Part shown: piece after piece, positions 29,536 to 38,628 of the stretch | Layout: every line of letters begins with the position of its first letter | How positions within the stretch are numbered: the first letter of the stretch is position 1 | Assembly: GCA_964389425.1 (NCBI GenBank) | Contig: CAYMEC010000003.1 | Coordinates: 1,065 to 65,064, forward strand | Reading direction: 5' to 3' | DNA: 64,000 nucleotides | Source: an uncultured Roseovarius sp. | GTDB taxonomy: Bacteria > Pseudomonadota > Alphaproteobacteria > Rhodobacterales > Rhodobacteraceae | Made by a program: the position numbers and the translations under genes | Notes under the pieces: generated by a model | Told to the model about the DNA's origin: nothing | The model's database searches: none | What the model saw: only the letters and a program-made list of their open reading frames with translations

Positions 29536-29652
29536 AGTGTCACGACGGCGCAGGTTCAAGGCCATTGGGGCACCCCGCCTTTGTCCACTGCCCGATGGAC
29601 GATTGCTTGCAACCGCTGAGAGGTGGGTCCCACCCAAGCCATGGCAAAGCCG

Positions 29653-30597
29653 CTATGTCGTATCCCACACGGCCTTCAGAACGGCCACGATTTTTCGATC
29701 CCGTTCGGCGGCCATATCCTCAAAATGCCGCTCACCCGCCATGACATTGCAGCCATCAACCATACGGTCGCGCAGTTCCTGCGTCAGTTCGGGCGCCTCC
29801 AGCCGCGTCCAGGGCCATTTGAGCGCGGGGCCGAATTGGTCAAGGTTCGTGGCCATGCCCCCCTCTCCACAGGCCACATGAAACGCCATGCACTGGCCCT
29901 GTACCACCATGCGGGGCGCCGGGCCGTTTCTGAGCGCGATGTCGATATCCTCGGGCGTCGCCTCCCCATTGGCGACCATGTGGAGCGCCTCGCGCCAAAG
30001 CGCCTCTTGCAGGCGGGTCCCGACGAAACCGGGGACTTCCTTTTTCATCACCAGCGGGGCCTTGCCCGCGATCTCATAAAAGCGCGCAGCCCAGTCTACG
30101 GCCTCCGGCGCGGTTGTCTTCCCGCCCACGATTTCCACCAGCGGCAACAGGTATGGCGGGTTGAACGGGTGCCCGATCACGCAGCGTTCGGGTGTGGGAC
30201 ACGTGGCTTGTATCTCCGTCATGGTGAGACCGGAGGTAGAGGACCCGATGATAATCTCGGGGGGCAGGATCGCGCCCATCCGGGCGTAGAGGTCCTGTTT
30301 GATCTCCACCCGCTCCGGCCCGCTTTCCTGCACGAACTCCGCGTCCTCCAACGCCTCTTCCAGATCGCTGGTCACGGTCAGTCGGTCAAGCGACGCATCC
30401 GGCGCAAGACCCAATTCCGTCAAGCTGCGCCAACCCGTTTCGATCACCGCCATCAGGGCATCGTGTTCCGCCGCATCGTGGATATAGGCCGTCACATCAT
30501 AGCCCCGCGCCAGAAAATGCGCCGTCCAACCGCCCCCGATAGGGCCCGCGCCAAGGCTGGCTACGCGGGTGATCGAGTGTGGATCGCAATACATCAT
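29653..30597 (-). CDS. 3-hydroxyacyl-CoA/carnitine 3-dehydrogenase family (CdhA/LcdH-like), no fused thioesterase
   Basis: LGAGPIG Rossmann motif, QESGPE, SSTSG, GHPFNPPYLLPLVE, LWREALH, QFGPAL..PWT; start at 30597 overlaps the caiD stop. Confidence 0.87.
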   Translation of the reverse strand: MMYCDPHSITRVASLGAGPIGGGWTAHFLARGYDVTAYIHDAAEHDALMAVIETGWRSLTELGLAPDASLDRLTVTSDLEEALEDAEFVQESGPERVEIKQDLYARMGAILPPEIIIGSSTSGLTMTEIQATCPTPERCVIGHPFNPPYLLPLVEIVGGKTTAPEAVDWAARFYEIAGKAPLVMKKEVPGFVGTRLQEALWREALHMVANGEATPEDIDIALRNGPAPRMVVQGQCMAFHVACGEGGMATNLDQFGPALKWPWTRLEAPELTQELRDRMVDGCNVMAGERHFEDMAAERDRKIVAVLKAVWDTT

Positions 30598-31397
30598 TCG
30601 CCCTTGAAGTTGGGTTCGCGCTTTTCGACGAAAGCCGCCACACCCTCGGCCGCGTCTTCGGATTTCAGCATCTTGCGGTAGATTGGCATCGGATCGGTGC
30701 GCATCTTTTGGAAGGCCTCCTCCAATGGATGGCACTCGATCTCGCGTTGCACCTCTTTCACCGATTGCATGGCCAGCGGCGCGGACCACGCGATAGACGC
30801 GGCCCATTCGCGCGCGGCGTCTATGAGGTCTTCTTTCGGAACGATCTTGTTGACCAGCCCGTAATGGGCGGCCTCACTCGCGGTCATGCGACGGCCCAGC
30901 AGGAACATCTCCATCGCGATGTTATGGGGGATGCGGCGAGGAAGGCGTTGCAGCGCGCCTGCATCGGGTACAATCCCAAGCGGCATTTCCGGCAGACCAA
31001 ATTCCACATGCTCTGACGCGATCAACAAATCACAAGCCATCGCCATCTCGAACCCACCGCCAATGGCCAATCCATTGATCGCGGCAATGACTGGTTTGTT
31101 GAGCGCCCAATTCTCCGTCAGACCGGTGAACCCACCAAACCCGTAGTCATCGCTTTCCCACCAGTTATCGAGCTGCATCTCGCCCGAATTAAGCGCCTTT
31201 AGATCCCAGCCGGCCGAGAAAATCTTTTCCCCGCCGCCGGTCAGGATGGCGCAGCGCAGGTCTTTGTCTTCATGCAATTCCTGAAATGCCGCCGCCAGCG
31301 CCCGCGAGGTGGGCACGTCGATTGCGTTCACCTTACCCCGTTCCAGCGTGACCTCCAGTACATGGCCGTCACGGACCACCTTCACACCGTCAGACAT
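30594..31397 (-). CDS. caiD: Carnitinyl-CoA dehydratase / crotonobetainyl-CoA hydratase
   Basis: NAID..TS, FSAGWDLKA, GF.GLTE, GGGFE, LPE..LGIVPD; closely matches remembered E. coli CaiD. Confidence 0.85.
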   Translation of the reverse strand: MSDGVKVVRDGHVLEVTLERGKVNAIDVPTSRALAAAFQELHEDKDLRCAILTGGGEKIFSAGWDLKALNSGEMQLDNWWESDDYGFGGFTGLTENWALNKPVIAAINGLAIGGGFEMAMACDLLIASEHVEFGLPEMPLGIVPDAGALQRLPRRIPHNIAMEMFLLGRRMTASEAAHYGLVNKIVPKEDLIDAAREWAASIAWSAPLAMQSVKEVQREIECHPLEEAFQKMRTDPMPIYRKMLKSEDAAEGVAAFVEKREPNFKGE

Positions 31398-31406
31398 GGT
31401 TTTCTC

Positions 31407-32441
31407 CTATTGAAAGGCGGGCATCACTTCGTCGCAGAAAAGCCGCATCGAGCGTTTCTGCGCGTCCAGATCAAGGCCCATTGAGGCATAGTAGATGAAC
31501 TCGTCTACCCCCAGCGCCTCATAGCGTTTGAGTTTTTCGATCACCCGATCAGGGGAGCCAAAGAGCAGGTTTTCTTCAAGCATGTCCGGGTCGTATTGCT
31601 CGCGGCCTGCCAGCTCTTCCAGCGGGATTTGCGCGGGGAAGCCGTTCGTCACGCCGCCTGCATTGCGGAACAGGTTTTCAAACTGGCCGAGCACCAGCCG
31701 AATGGCATCGATGGCCTTCCGCCGGTCGCCTTCATTGTCATAGACAGCGGCGTGACGCATCATCGCAAACGTCGGACGAAATCCGTTCCCGGCCTTCTCC
31801 ACCGCCTCATCCAGTTGTTTCTTGTAAAGCTCTGCCTCCGAAAAGGGGCGCGTCAGGGGCCAGCTCATCACGTGGCATTTTTCGCGCAGCGCGTAATCAT
31901 AGGTGATCGGCGACCGGGCCGCGACCCAGACGGGGATGTCTTGCTGAAGCGGTTTGGGGCAGGAGGTAGAACTGGGAAACTGCCAGAACTGTCCGTCATG
32001 CGCGTAATCGCCCTGCCAAAGTGCGCGCACGGCAGGCAGCATTTCCTGCATGTATTGCCATGCATCCGATTGCTTGAGTCCCGGGCGCATACGGTCAAAT
32101 TCACGTTGGTAAGCACCCGACCCGATGCCAAACTCCAGCCGCCCATCGCTGAGCAGATCCAGCATCGCGGCCTCACCGGCTAGGTTGATCGGGTGCCAAT
32201 AGGCCGCCGTCGCCACGGCTGTCCCCAGACGGATCGTATCGGTGTGTTCCGCCCACCATGTGAGCAACTGAAATGGATTGGGGGCAATCGTCATTTCCAG
32301 CGCGTGGTGTTCTGCGGCCCAGACGATGTTGAACCCGCCCTCTTCGGCCATCTGCACCATCTCCAGCGTGTGATCGCGGACGGCGCGCATGTCGGTCGCG
32401 TCATTCATGCGCTCCAGATTCACGGCAAGTTGGAACTTCAT
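31407..32441 (-). CDS. LLM-class flavin monooxygenase, TgnB-like
   Basis: W..EHH..E.TIAPNPF, WHPINLAGEAAM, GDYAHDG.FW.FP..TS.PKP.Q, YEALG.DE, VMPAF; these match my recollection of the trigonelline oxygenase TgnB family. Confidence 0.82.
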   Translation of the reverse strand: MKFQLAVNLERMNDATDMRAVRDHTLEMVQMAEEGGFNIVWAAEHHALEMTIAPNPFQLLTWWAEHTDTIRLGTAVATAAYWHPINLAGEAAMLDLLSDGRLEFGIGSGAYQREFDRMRPGLKQSDAWQYMQEMLPAVRALWQGDYAHDGQFWQFPSSTSCPKPLQQDIPVWVAARSPITYDYALREKCHVMSWPLTRPFSEAELYKKQLDEAVEKAGNGFRPTFAMMRHAAVYDNEGDRRKAIDAIRLVLGQFENLFRNAGGVTNGFPAQIPLEELAGREQYDPDMLEENLLFGSPDRVIEKLKRYEALGVDEFIYYASMGLDLDAQKRSMRLFCDEVMPAFQ

Positions 32442-32468
32442 CGCGTTCTCCTTTATCGGCCCCGCCCC

Positions 32469-33950
32469 TCAGCGCATCACGAACGGATTGGCCATCGGCT
32501 CGTCCGAGGTGTTCATCCAGACCGTCTTGGGGCGCGTGTAATCATACATCGCCTGGAACCCGCTTTCGCGGCCATAGCCCGATCCCTTGATCCCGCCGAA
32601 CTCGGCGATGGGGGAGACAACGCGGTACGTGTTCACCCAAACGATCCCGGCGCGCACCGCGCTCGACATACGCAAGCTCCGCGCGCTGTCACGGGTAAAG
32701 ATGCCCGCGGCCAGCCCGTGTTCGGTGTCATTTGCCAGTGCCAACGCCTCATCTTCGGTCTTGAACCGTTGCACGCACAAGACAGGGCCGAAAAGCTCGG
32801 TATCCACGATGCGCAAATCCTGCCGGGGGCAGGACAGGATCGTGGGTTCAAAAAACAGCCCCTCCATCCCCTCGGGGCGTTTGCCACCGGTCAGGATGTC
32901 CGCGCCTTCTTCCTGCGCAAAGGCCAATTCGCGTTCGATCATATCCCGCTGGCCGGTGGTACAAAGCGGTCCCATCTGCGTTTCTTCCAGCAGCGGGTCC
33001 CCGATCTTGATCTCCTTGGCCTGCGCCACCATCCGCGCAAGAAACTCGTCGGCGATATCGTCATGCAGATAAAGCCGCGAACCGGCCACACAGCTTTGCC
33101 CGGTAGCGCCGAAGATGCCAGCAATGGAGGCATTGACCGCGCTTTCGATATTGGCGTCCTCGAAGACGATGAAGGGGGATTTGCCGCCCAGCTCGAGGCT
33201 GACTTCGGCAAAATTGTTCTTGGAGTTTTCCAGCACATGGCGGGCCGCGCCCGGCCCCCCGGTAAAGGAGATGCGCGACACCAGCTTGTGCCCCGTCAAC
33301 GCCCGGCCACAAGGGTCGCCATGGCCTGTGACGATGTTCACCACGCCGGGCGGGATGCCCGCCTCTTCAATCAGTTGGGCAAACTCCAGCATCGCGGCTG
33401 AGGCATGTTCAGAGGCTTTGATGACAATCGTGTTGCCCGCCGCAAGCGCGGGGCCAACCTTCACGGCCACCAAGAAAAGCTGGCTGTTCCATGGCACGAT
33501 GGCGGCCACAACGCCCAGCGGTTCACGCTTGGTAAAGACAAACAGATCAGGTTTGTCGATGGGCAGGGTTTCACCGCTGACTTTATCGGCACAGCCTGCG
33601 TAGAAATGGAAAAACTCGGCGATGTATTTGGCCTGCCAACGGGTTTCCTTGAGCATCTTGCCGGTATCGATCGTTTCCGTACGGCCCAGATCCTCTGACC
33701 GGTCCGCCAGCAGATCGCCCAGACGGCGCAGATGTTTGCCGCGCTCTGACGGGGTCATCCTGGACCATGGGCCAGTCGTGAACGCCTCGTGGGCGGCACG
33801 AACAGCGCGGTCGACATCGGCCTCGGTCGCCTCGGGCACCCGTGACCAGACCTGACCGGTGGCAGGATTGACGCTGTCGAAAGTTGCGCCGTCCGAGGCA
33901 TCCACCCATTCGCCATTGATCAGCATCTGATAGGTTTGGATTTTGTTCAT
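32469..33950 (-). CDS. Aldehyde dehydrogenase, TgnC-like
   Basis: LELGGKSP (Glu) and GQSCVAG (Cys); LPIDK, VPWNSQLFL.AVKVGPALAAG and FTGGP are shared with remembered TgnC. Confidence 0.88.
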   Translation of the reverse strand: MNKIQTYQMLINGEWVDASDGATFDSVNPATGQVWSRVPEATEADVDRAVRAAHEAFTTGPWSRMTPSERGKHLRRLGDLLADRSEDLGRTETIDTGKMLKETRWQAKYIAEFFHFYAGCADKVSGETLPIDKPDLFVFTKREPLGVVAAIVPWNSQLFLVAVKVGPALAAGNTIVIKASEHASAAMLEFAQLIEEAGIPPGVVNIVTGHGDPCGRALTGHKLVSRISFTGGPGAARHVLENSKNNFAEVSLELGGKSPFIVFEDANIESAVNASIAGIFGATGQSCVAGSRLYLHDDIADEFLARMVAQAKEIKIGDPLLEETQMGPLCTTGQRDMIERELAFAQEEGADILTGGKRPEGMEGLFFEPTILSCPRQDLRIVDTELFGPVLCVQRFKTEDEALALANDTEHGLAAGIFTRDSARSLRMSSAVRAGIVWVNTYRVVSPIAEFGGIKGSGYGRESGFQAMYDYTRPKTVWMNTSDEPMANPFVMR

Positions 33951-34005
33951 CCGTCAGCCCCCTGTGTTTTACAGTGTCCATCTTTGGGTGATCTTGCGCG
34001 CTTGC

Positions 34006-34042
34006 ATGCATTTTTTCGACTCTTTTTGGCGAAAAAATGCAT
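34006..34042. promoter_or_regulatory. 13-bp perfect inverted repeat upstream of the ALDH operon
   Basis: ATGCATTTTTTCG (34006-34018) and CGAAAAAATGCAT (34030-34042) with an 11-nt spacer. Confidence 0.6.
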
Positions 34043-34118
34043 CATTGGTCAGAACATCCGCCGCGCTCCAATCTGTGCTATTCTGGGATTGGAGGGATAT
34101 GGTGCCAGATACCGTTGT

Positions 34119-34161
34119 GCGAAATTTCGCCATTAAACCCGGTCACGCGGCGAAAAATCGA
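34119..34161. promoter_or_regulatory. TTTCGCC motifs upstream of the binding-protein gene
   Basis: Palindrome GCGAAATTTCGC (34119-34130) followed by CATT; GGCGAAAAATCGA (34149-34161). Confidence 0.55.
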
Positions 34162-34219
34162 AAGTGAGGCTGGCGAACCGACCGCTTACTTGAAATCATA
34201 GAACAACAGGGAGTGAAAG

Positions 34220-35833
34220 ATGACACGCACAGTCGACCAACAGGTCCTAGACCGCATCATTGCGGCGGGCCGCAGGCGCGGGATTACACGCCGTTCATTC
34301 GTGGCCCATGCCACGGTTGCAGGCCTGACTGTTCCGGCCGCAACGGGGCTTTGGACAAGCAAGGTTTCCGCCCAGACCCCCAGCCAGGGCGGGACGTTCC
34401 GCGTGGCGGTGCAGGATGCCAACACATCCGATACCCATGACCCGGGTCAATATCTTTCCGTCTTCATGATCCAGTTGGCCCATTGTTCACGCAGCTACCT
34501 GTGCGCGATCGAACCCGATGGCAGCCTTGGTCCGGATATGGCGGACAGCTGGTCGGCATCACCCGATGCAAAGCTCTGGACGTTTGAACTCAATCAGAAC
34601 GCCAGCTTCCATGATGGGCGCAAGTTTACCTCCAAGGATGCGATGGCCTCTATCAAGCATCACTTGGGTGAAGACAGCACTTCGGCAGCCAAGTCACTGC
34701 TGACCAATGTGGTGGATGTGCGCGCCGATGGCGACTTCACCATGGTGATCGAGCTGGATCAGGGCCTGGCCGATCTGCCCTACATCCTGACCGATTACCA
34801 CATTGCGATGGTGCCCGCCGATGGCGACGGCAACGCCGATTGGGAAGGCGGTATTGGAGCCGGGCCGTATCGGATCACTTCTTTCAATCCCGGCGTCGGC
34901 GCCGAGCTTGTGAAGCATGACGGCTGGCACGGCGAAGGCGCGTGGTTCGATGCGGTCAATCTTGTGGCGATCAACGACCCCAACGCACGACAAAGCGCGA
35001 TCATCGCGGGCGATGTGGATGCCAATACGTCTGTCGAATATCGCACCTTCCAGCGTTTGGAACAGAACCCCAATATCGAGGTGCTCAACCTGCCCTCAGG
35101 CTCGGCTATCACCTGCCCCATGCATGTCGATAAATCGCCCTTCAGCGACAACAATGTGCGCATGGCGATGAAGCTGGCGATGGACCGCGATGAGATCAAC
35201 GAAAAGATCTTCTTCAACGCAGGCACCGTGGGCAATGACTTCCACATCTCACCCAACATGCCCTACTACCCCGAAGGCATCGAACAGCGGACCTATGACC
35301 CCGATAAGGCAAAGTGGCACCTCAAGCAGGCCGGCATGGACAGCCTTGAGACGAACATGTCCGCCTCGGATTCCGTGCAACCGGGCGCGGTGGATTTCGT
35401 CACGCTCTATTCGGAACAAGCCAAGGCCGCAGGCATCAACATCACGCCGGTGCGTGAATCGGGTGATGGTTACTGGGCCGATGTCTGGCTGAAGAAGCCC
35501 TTCATGTTCTCCTCTTGGGGCGGACGTCCCACGCCGGATGTGATCTTCTCGCTGGCTTATCAGACGGGTGCGGCGTGGTCAGAAGCGTTCTGGTCCAACG
35601 AGCGGTTCGATGAGCTTCTCTTGCAGGCCAAGGCGGAACTTGACGACACGTTGCGCGCGGAGATGTATCGCGAAATGTGCATGATCGCCCGTGACGATGG
35701 AGGGTCCATCGTTCCTCACTTCACCAACTACGTCTATGCACATCTGACGAATGTGGGCCGCCCCGATGTGGTCGGCAACACGTGGGAACTTGACGGCGCC
35801 CGCGGCTATCAGCGCTGGTGGTTCAAGACCTGA
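34220..35833 (+). CDS. ABC transporter family-5 (DppA/OppA-like) substrate-binding protein with Tat signal
   Basis: TRRSFV twin-arginine motif, PDMADSW, FHDG..FT..D, GAGPY, DGGSIVP; no permease or ATPase adjacent. Confidence 0.9.
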   Translation: MTRTVDQQVLDRIIAAGRRRGITRRSFVAHATVAGLTVPAATGLWTSKVSAQTPSQGGTFRVAVQDANTSDTHDPGQYLSVFMIQLAHCSRSYLCAIEPDGSLGPDMADSWSASPDAKLWTFELNQNASFHDGRKFTSKDAMASIKHHLGEDSTSAAKSLLTNVVDVRADGDFTMVIELDQGLADLPYILTDYHIAMVPADGDGNADWEGGIGAGPYRITSFNPGVGAELVKHDGWHGEGAWFDAVNLVAINDPNARQSAIIAGDVDANTSVEYRTFQRLEQNPNIEVLNLPSGSAITCPMHVDKSPFSDNNVRMAMKLAMDRDEINEKIFFNAGTVGNDFHISPNMPYYPEGIEQRTYDPDKAKWHLKQAGMDSLETNMSASDSVQPGAVDFVTLYSEQAKAAGINITPVRESGDGYWADVWLKKPFMFSSWGGRPTPDVIFSLAYQTGAAWSEAFWSNERFDELLLQAKAELDDTLRAEMYREMCMIARDDGGSIVPHFTNYVYAHLTNVGRPDVVGNTWELDGARGYQRWWFKT

Positions 35834-35847
35834 CCACTGGACTTTCG

Positions 35848-35873
35848 CGGGCGGTGCCATAAGGTCCCGCCCG
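35848..35873. terminator. Hairpin downstream of the binding-protein gene
   Basis: CGGGCGG / CCGCCCG 7-bp stem with a 12-nt loop and no strong U-tract; may be an mRNA stabiliser or attenuator. Confidence 0.35.
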
Positions 35874-35901
35874 TATTGCATCTACCTGAAAGTTGAAGCG
35901 A

Positions 35902-36690
35902 ATGCCCACGGCGCCCGACGGCACGGCCTATGAGATATCTGGCGCACCGGATGGTCCCAATGTGGTGCTGATCCACGGGCTGGGCCTGAACCAAGACTGC
36001 TGGCAATGGACGATCCCGGCGCTCGTGGATCGGTTTCGCATTCTAAGCTATGACCTCTACGGGCATGGGGCCTCGGCGAACCCACCAGAGACACCGTCTT
36101 TGAGCCTGTTTTCCCGCCAGTTACAGACTCTAATGGATCATTGCCGCATGCCATCTGGAGCGATCGTCGGCTTTTCACTGGGCGGCATGATTGCGCGACG
36201 TTTTGCGCAGGACGCGCCCGAAAGATGCAGGGCCTTGGCGATCCTGCATTCTCCCCATCAACGTACGCCCAAGGCCCAAGCAGCCATTCTGGCCCGGGTG
36301 GAACAGGCCAAGGAAGACGGCTCTGCCGCAACGGTCGAGGCCGCATTGAAACGGTGGTTCACGGACTCTTTCCGCATCGCTAATCCAGACGTGATGGATA
36401 CTGTGCGCCATTGGGTACTGGCCAATCGCAAAGACGTCTACCACACGATCTACCGCGTGTTGGCCGACGGCGTGGATGAAATCACAACACCCACGCCCGC
36501 AATCACATGCCCGACATTGGTGATCACGGGGGATGAGGATTACGGCAATGGTCCCGAAATGACCCACGCGATTGCGGCGGAAATTGAAGGGTCGGAGACG
36601 GTGATCCTGCCTGGCCTGCGACACATGGCACTGGCAGAAGACCCAGAGGCGATCAATGCGCCGCTGCGCAAGTTTTTGAACGCCGTTTGA
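35902..36690 (+). CDS. Alpha/beta hydrolase, TgnD/PcaD-like
   Basis: LIHGLGLN, YDLYGHG, GFSLGG nucleophile elbow, AAL.RWF, TGDED, RHM. Confidence 0.85.
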   Translation: MPTAPDGTAYEISGAPDGPNVVLIHGLGLNQDCWQWTIPALVDRFRILSYDLYGHGASANPPETPSLSLFSRQLQTLMDHCRMPSGAIVGFSLGGMIARRFAQDAPERCRALAILHSPHQRTPKAQAAILARVEQAKEDGSAATVEAALKRWFTDSFRIANPDVMDTVRHWVLANRKDVYHTIYRVLADGVDEITTPTPAITCPTLVITGDEDYGNGPEMTHAIAAEIEGSETVILPGLRHMALAEDPEAINAPLRKFLNAV

Positions 36691-36874
36691 AGAGAGCCCC
36701 CGGCGCGGAATCAAGGGCTTTAGCCCGCCGCGCCTTCGTCAGGCCCCCTCCAAGGCCTGGCGACTTGGGAATTGCAGACCGTTGCTCAAATGATCAGCGG
36801 GACCGAGGGATAAATTGCTGCTTTCCAAAGATCGGGATCGCCAGACCGGGGCCAGACGAAGACGCTCTTCGTCT

Positions 36875-37516
36875 CTACAACATCTTCCGAAACAGATTGA
36901 TCGCCCATTGGGCATCCTGCTCGACCAAGTGTCGCACCTTCTGCGCATTACCGGCCTTGCACGCCGCAACAATGCCCTCGTGGCCATCCTCGATCCGGTC
37001 CACATCGATCAGGCTTGTCACGCCATGGGCCAGCCACGGGCCGATCCGCGCATAGAGTCCGTCAATCAGCACCAGCAAATCCCCATTGCCAGCCCGCGCA
37101 TTGATCGCGCTATGAAAGTCAAAATTCGCTTTGATATAGCCGTGCGGGTCGCCCGCAGCCCATGCCGATTTGGTTTGCCCCGCCAAACGCTCCAGCGAGG
37201 CAAGATCGGCCTTGGTCATATGCGCCACCGCCAACTCCCCCGCCGCTCCTTCCAAGACGGACCGCACGAAGAAAAGGTTGGCCGCCTCCGCCGGTGTCAG
37301 GTCAGGCACGCGATAGGCTTTCTTGGCCGCACCAATCAAAGCCTGTTCCGTGGCCAGCTGTCGCAACGCTTCGCGCACGGGCATGGCTGACAAACCGAAT
37401 TCATCCGCCAAGGTCCGAATGGACAATGGCGCTCCGGGGGCGAGATCGCCAAGGATCAGCCGTTGGCGCAGATCGACGTAAATGCTGTGGCTCAGGTTGT
37501 CACCAAGCGTCGCCAT
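36875..37516 (-). CDS. GntR family regulator (FCD domain)
   Basis: IYVDLRQRLILGDLAPG...LADEFGLSAMPVREAL HTH, NFDFH; start MATLG at 37516. Confidence 0.9.
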   Translation of the reverse strand: MATLGDNLSHSIYVDLRQRLILGDLAPGAPLSIRTLADEFGLSAMPVREALRQLATEQALIGAAKKAYRVPDLTPAEAANLFFVRSVLEGAAGELAVAHMTKADLASLERLAGQTKSAWAAGDPHGYIKANFDFHSAINARAGNGDLLVLIDGLYARIGPWLAHGVTSLIDVDRIEDGHEGIVAACKAGNAQKVRHLVEQDAQWAINLFRKML

Positions 37517-37517
37517 C

Positions 37518-38612
37518 TCAGCTTTGGGCCATGAACTGCGACAACGCCTCAATCGTCGCGTCCATTTCCGCATCGAGCCCGACCGTAAACCGCAGCTTGT
37601 CCGCGAAATCATCCAGCGCAAACTTGCGGGCGACGATGCCTTTGGTTTGCAGGTACGCATCCGCCTTTTCGGCGTGGTCCGGGCTGGGAAAGGCGACCAG
37701 CACGAAGTTTGTCTGACTGGGATAAACCGTCAGCCCCATGCCCGTCAGTGCGGTGGTCAATCTGTCAATCCACTTCGCATTATGGGCCAACACGTGGGCG
37801 CAGTGCCCCCCATCCTCGACCGCCGCAATCCCCGCCGCCTGCGCAGCTGAATTGACCGGAAAGGATGGCCCCACGCGCTCCATCAGGTCGATCACAGGCG
37901 CCGGTCCATAGCACCAACCTAACCGCAACCCGGCCAGCGCGTAGAGTTTGGAAAAGGACCGCGTCATCACCACGTTGTCGAATTCATGCACCAGCGCGGT
38001 GGGATCTTCATAATCCTCCGCGTCCGCGTACTCGTGATAGGCCCCGTCAATGATCAGCAGCACATCGTCAGGCAACGCGGCATGCAACCGCCGCACCTCT
38101 GATCCCGGCAGGTAAGTACCCGACGGATTGTCCGGATTGGCGATGATCACGACCTTCGTGCGCGGTATCACGGCCGCCAGGATCTTATCCACGCTGTGGC
38201 GGAAATCATCATCATCAGCGGCCACCGGAACGGATCCCGCGCGCATCGCGTAGATCGGGAATTGCATGTAGGCGTTCTTGGAATGCACCACCTGATCCCC
38301 CGGCCCCGAATAGAGGCTGATGAGGCGCAGCAAAATCTCATCCGACCCCGGCCCAAAGGCCATGCGCCCCGGATCGAGATCAAAGCGTTTGGCCAATGCC
38401 TCCGGCAGCGCGCCGGTCCCCAGCTCGGGATACCTGTGAGCCGTCTCCATCGCGACCTGCGCAGCCCGGATCGCTCGGGGGCTGGGACCAATCGCCGTTT
38501 CATTGGACGACAGTTTGGAGATCGCATCAAACCCCGGCAGGGACGAGATGCCGACCATGTAATACCCCACATCAGCGAGGCTTTTCTTGCTGGGGGGAAG
38601 CGTCAAAGGCAT
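37518..38612 (-). CDS. PLP-dependent class I/II aminotransferase, HisC-like
   Basis: KLSSNE, GSDEIL, NPDNPSG, DGAYHEY, RSFSKLYALAGLRLG (PLP lysine). Confidence 0.9.
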   Translation of the reverse strand: MPLTLPPSKKSLADVGYYMVGISSLPGFDAISKLSSNETAIGPSPRAIRAAQVAMETAHRYPELGTGALPEALAKRFDLDPGRMAFGPGSDEILLRLISLYSGPGDQVVHSKNAYMQFPIYAMRAGSVPVAADDDDFRHSVDKILAAVIPRTKVVIIANPDNPSGTYLPGSEVRRLHAALPDDVLLIIDGAYHEYADAEDYEDPTALVHEFDNVVMTRSFSKLYALAGLRLGWCYGPAPVIDLMERVGPSFPVNSAAQAAGIAAVEDGGHCAHVLAHNAKWIDRLTTALTGMGLTVYPSQTNFVLVAFPSPDHAEKADAYLQTKGIVARKFALDDFADKLRFTVGLDAEMDATIEALSQFMAQS

Positions 38613-38628
38613 GGCTTGGAACCTGATT

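Noticed and set aside
29653-30807. 384-aa extended dehydrogenase
   Set aside because: The first 70 codons overlap caiD out of frame; the real start is 30597 (ATGA coupling).
37518-38612. Calling the aminotransferase the biosynthetic hisC
   Set aside because: Its context is catabolic (GntR, decarboxylase), with no his genes nearby; left as HisC-like.
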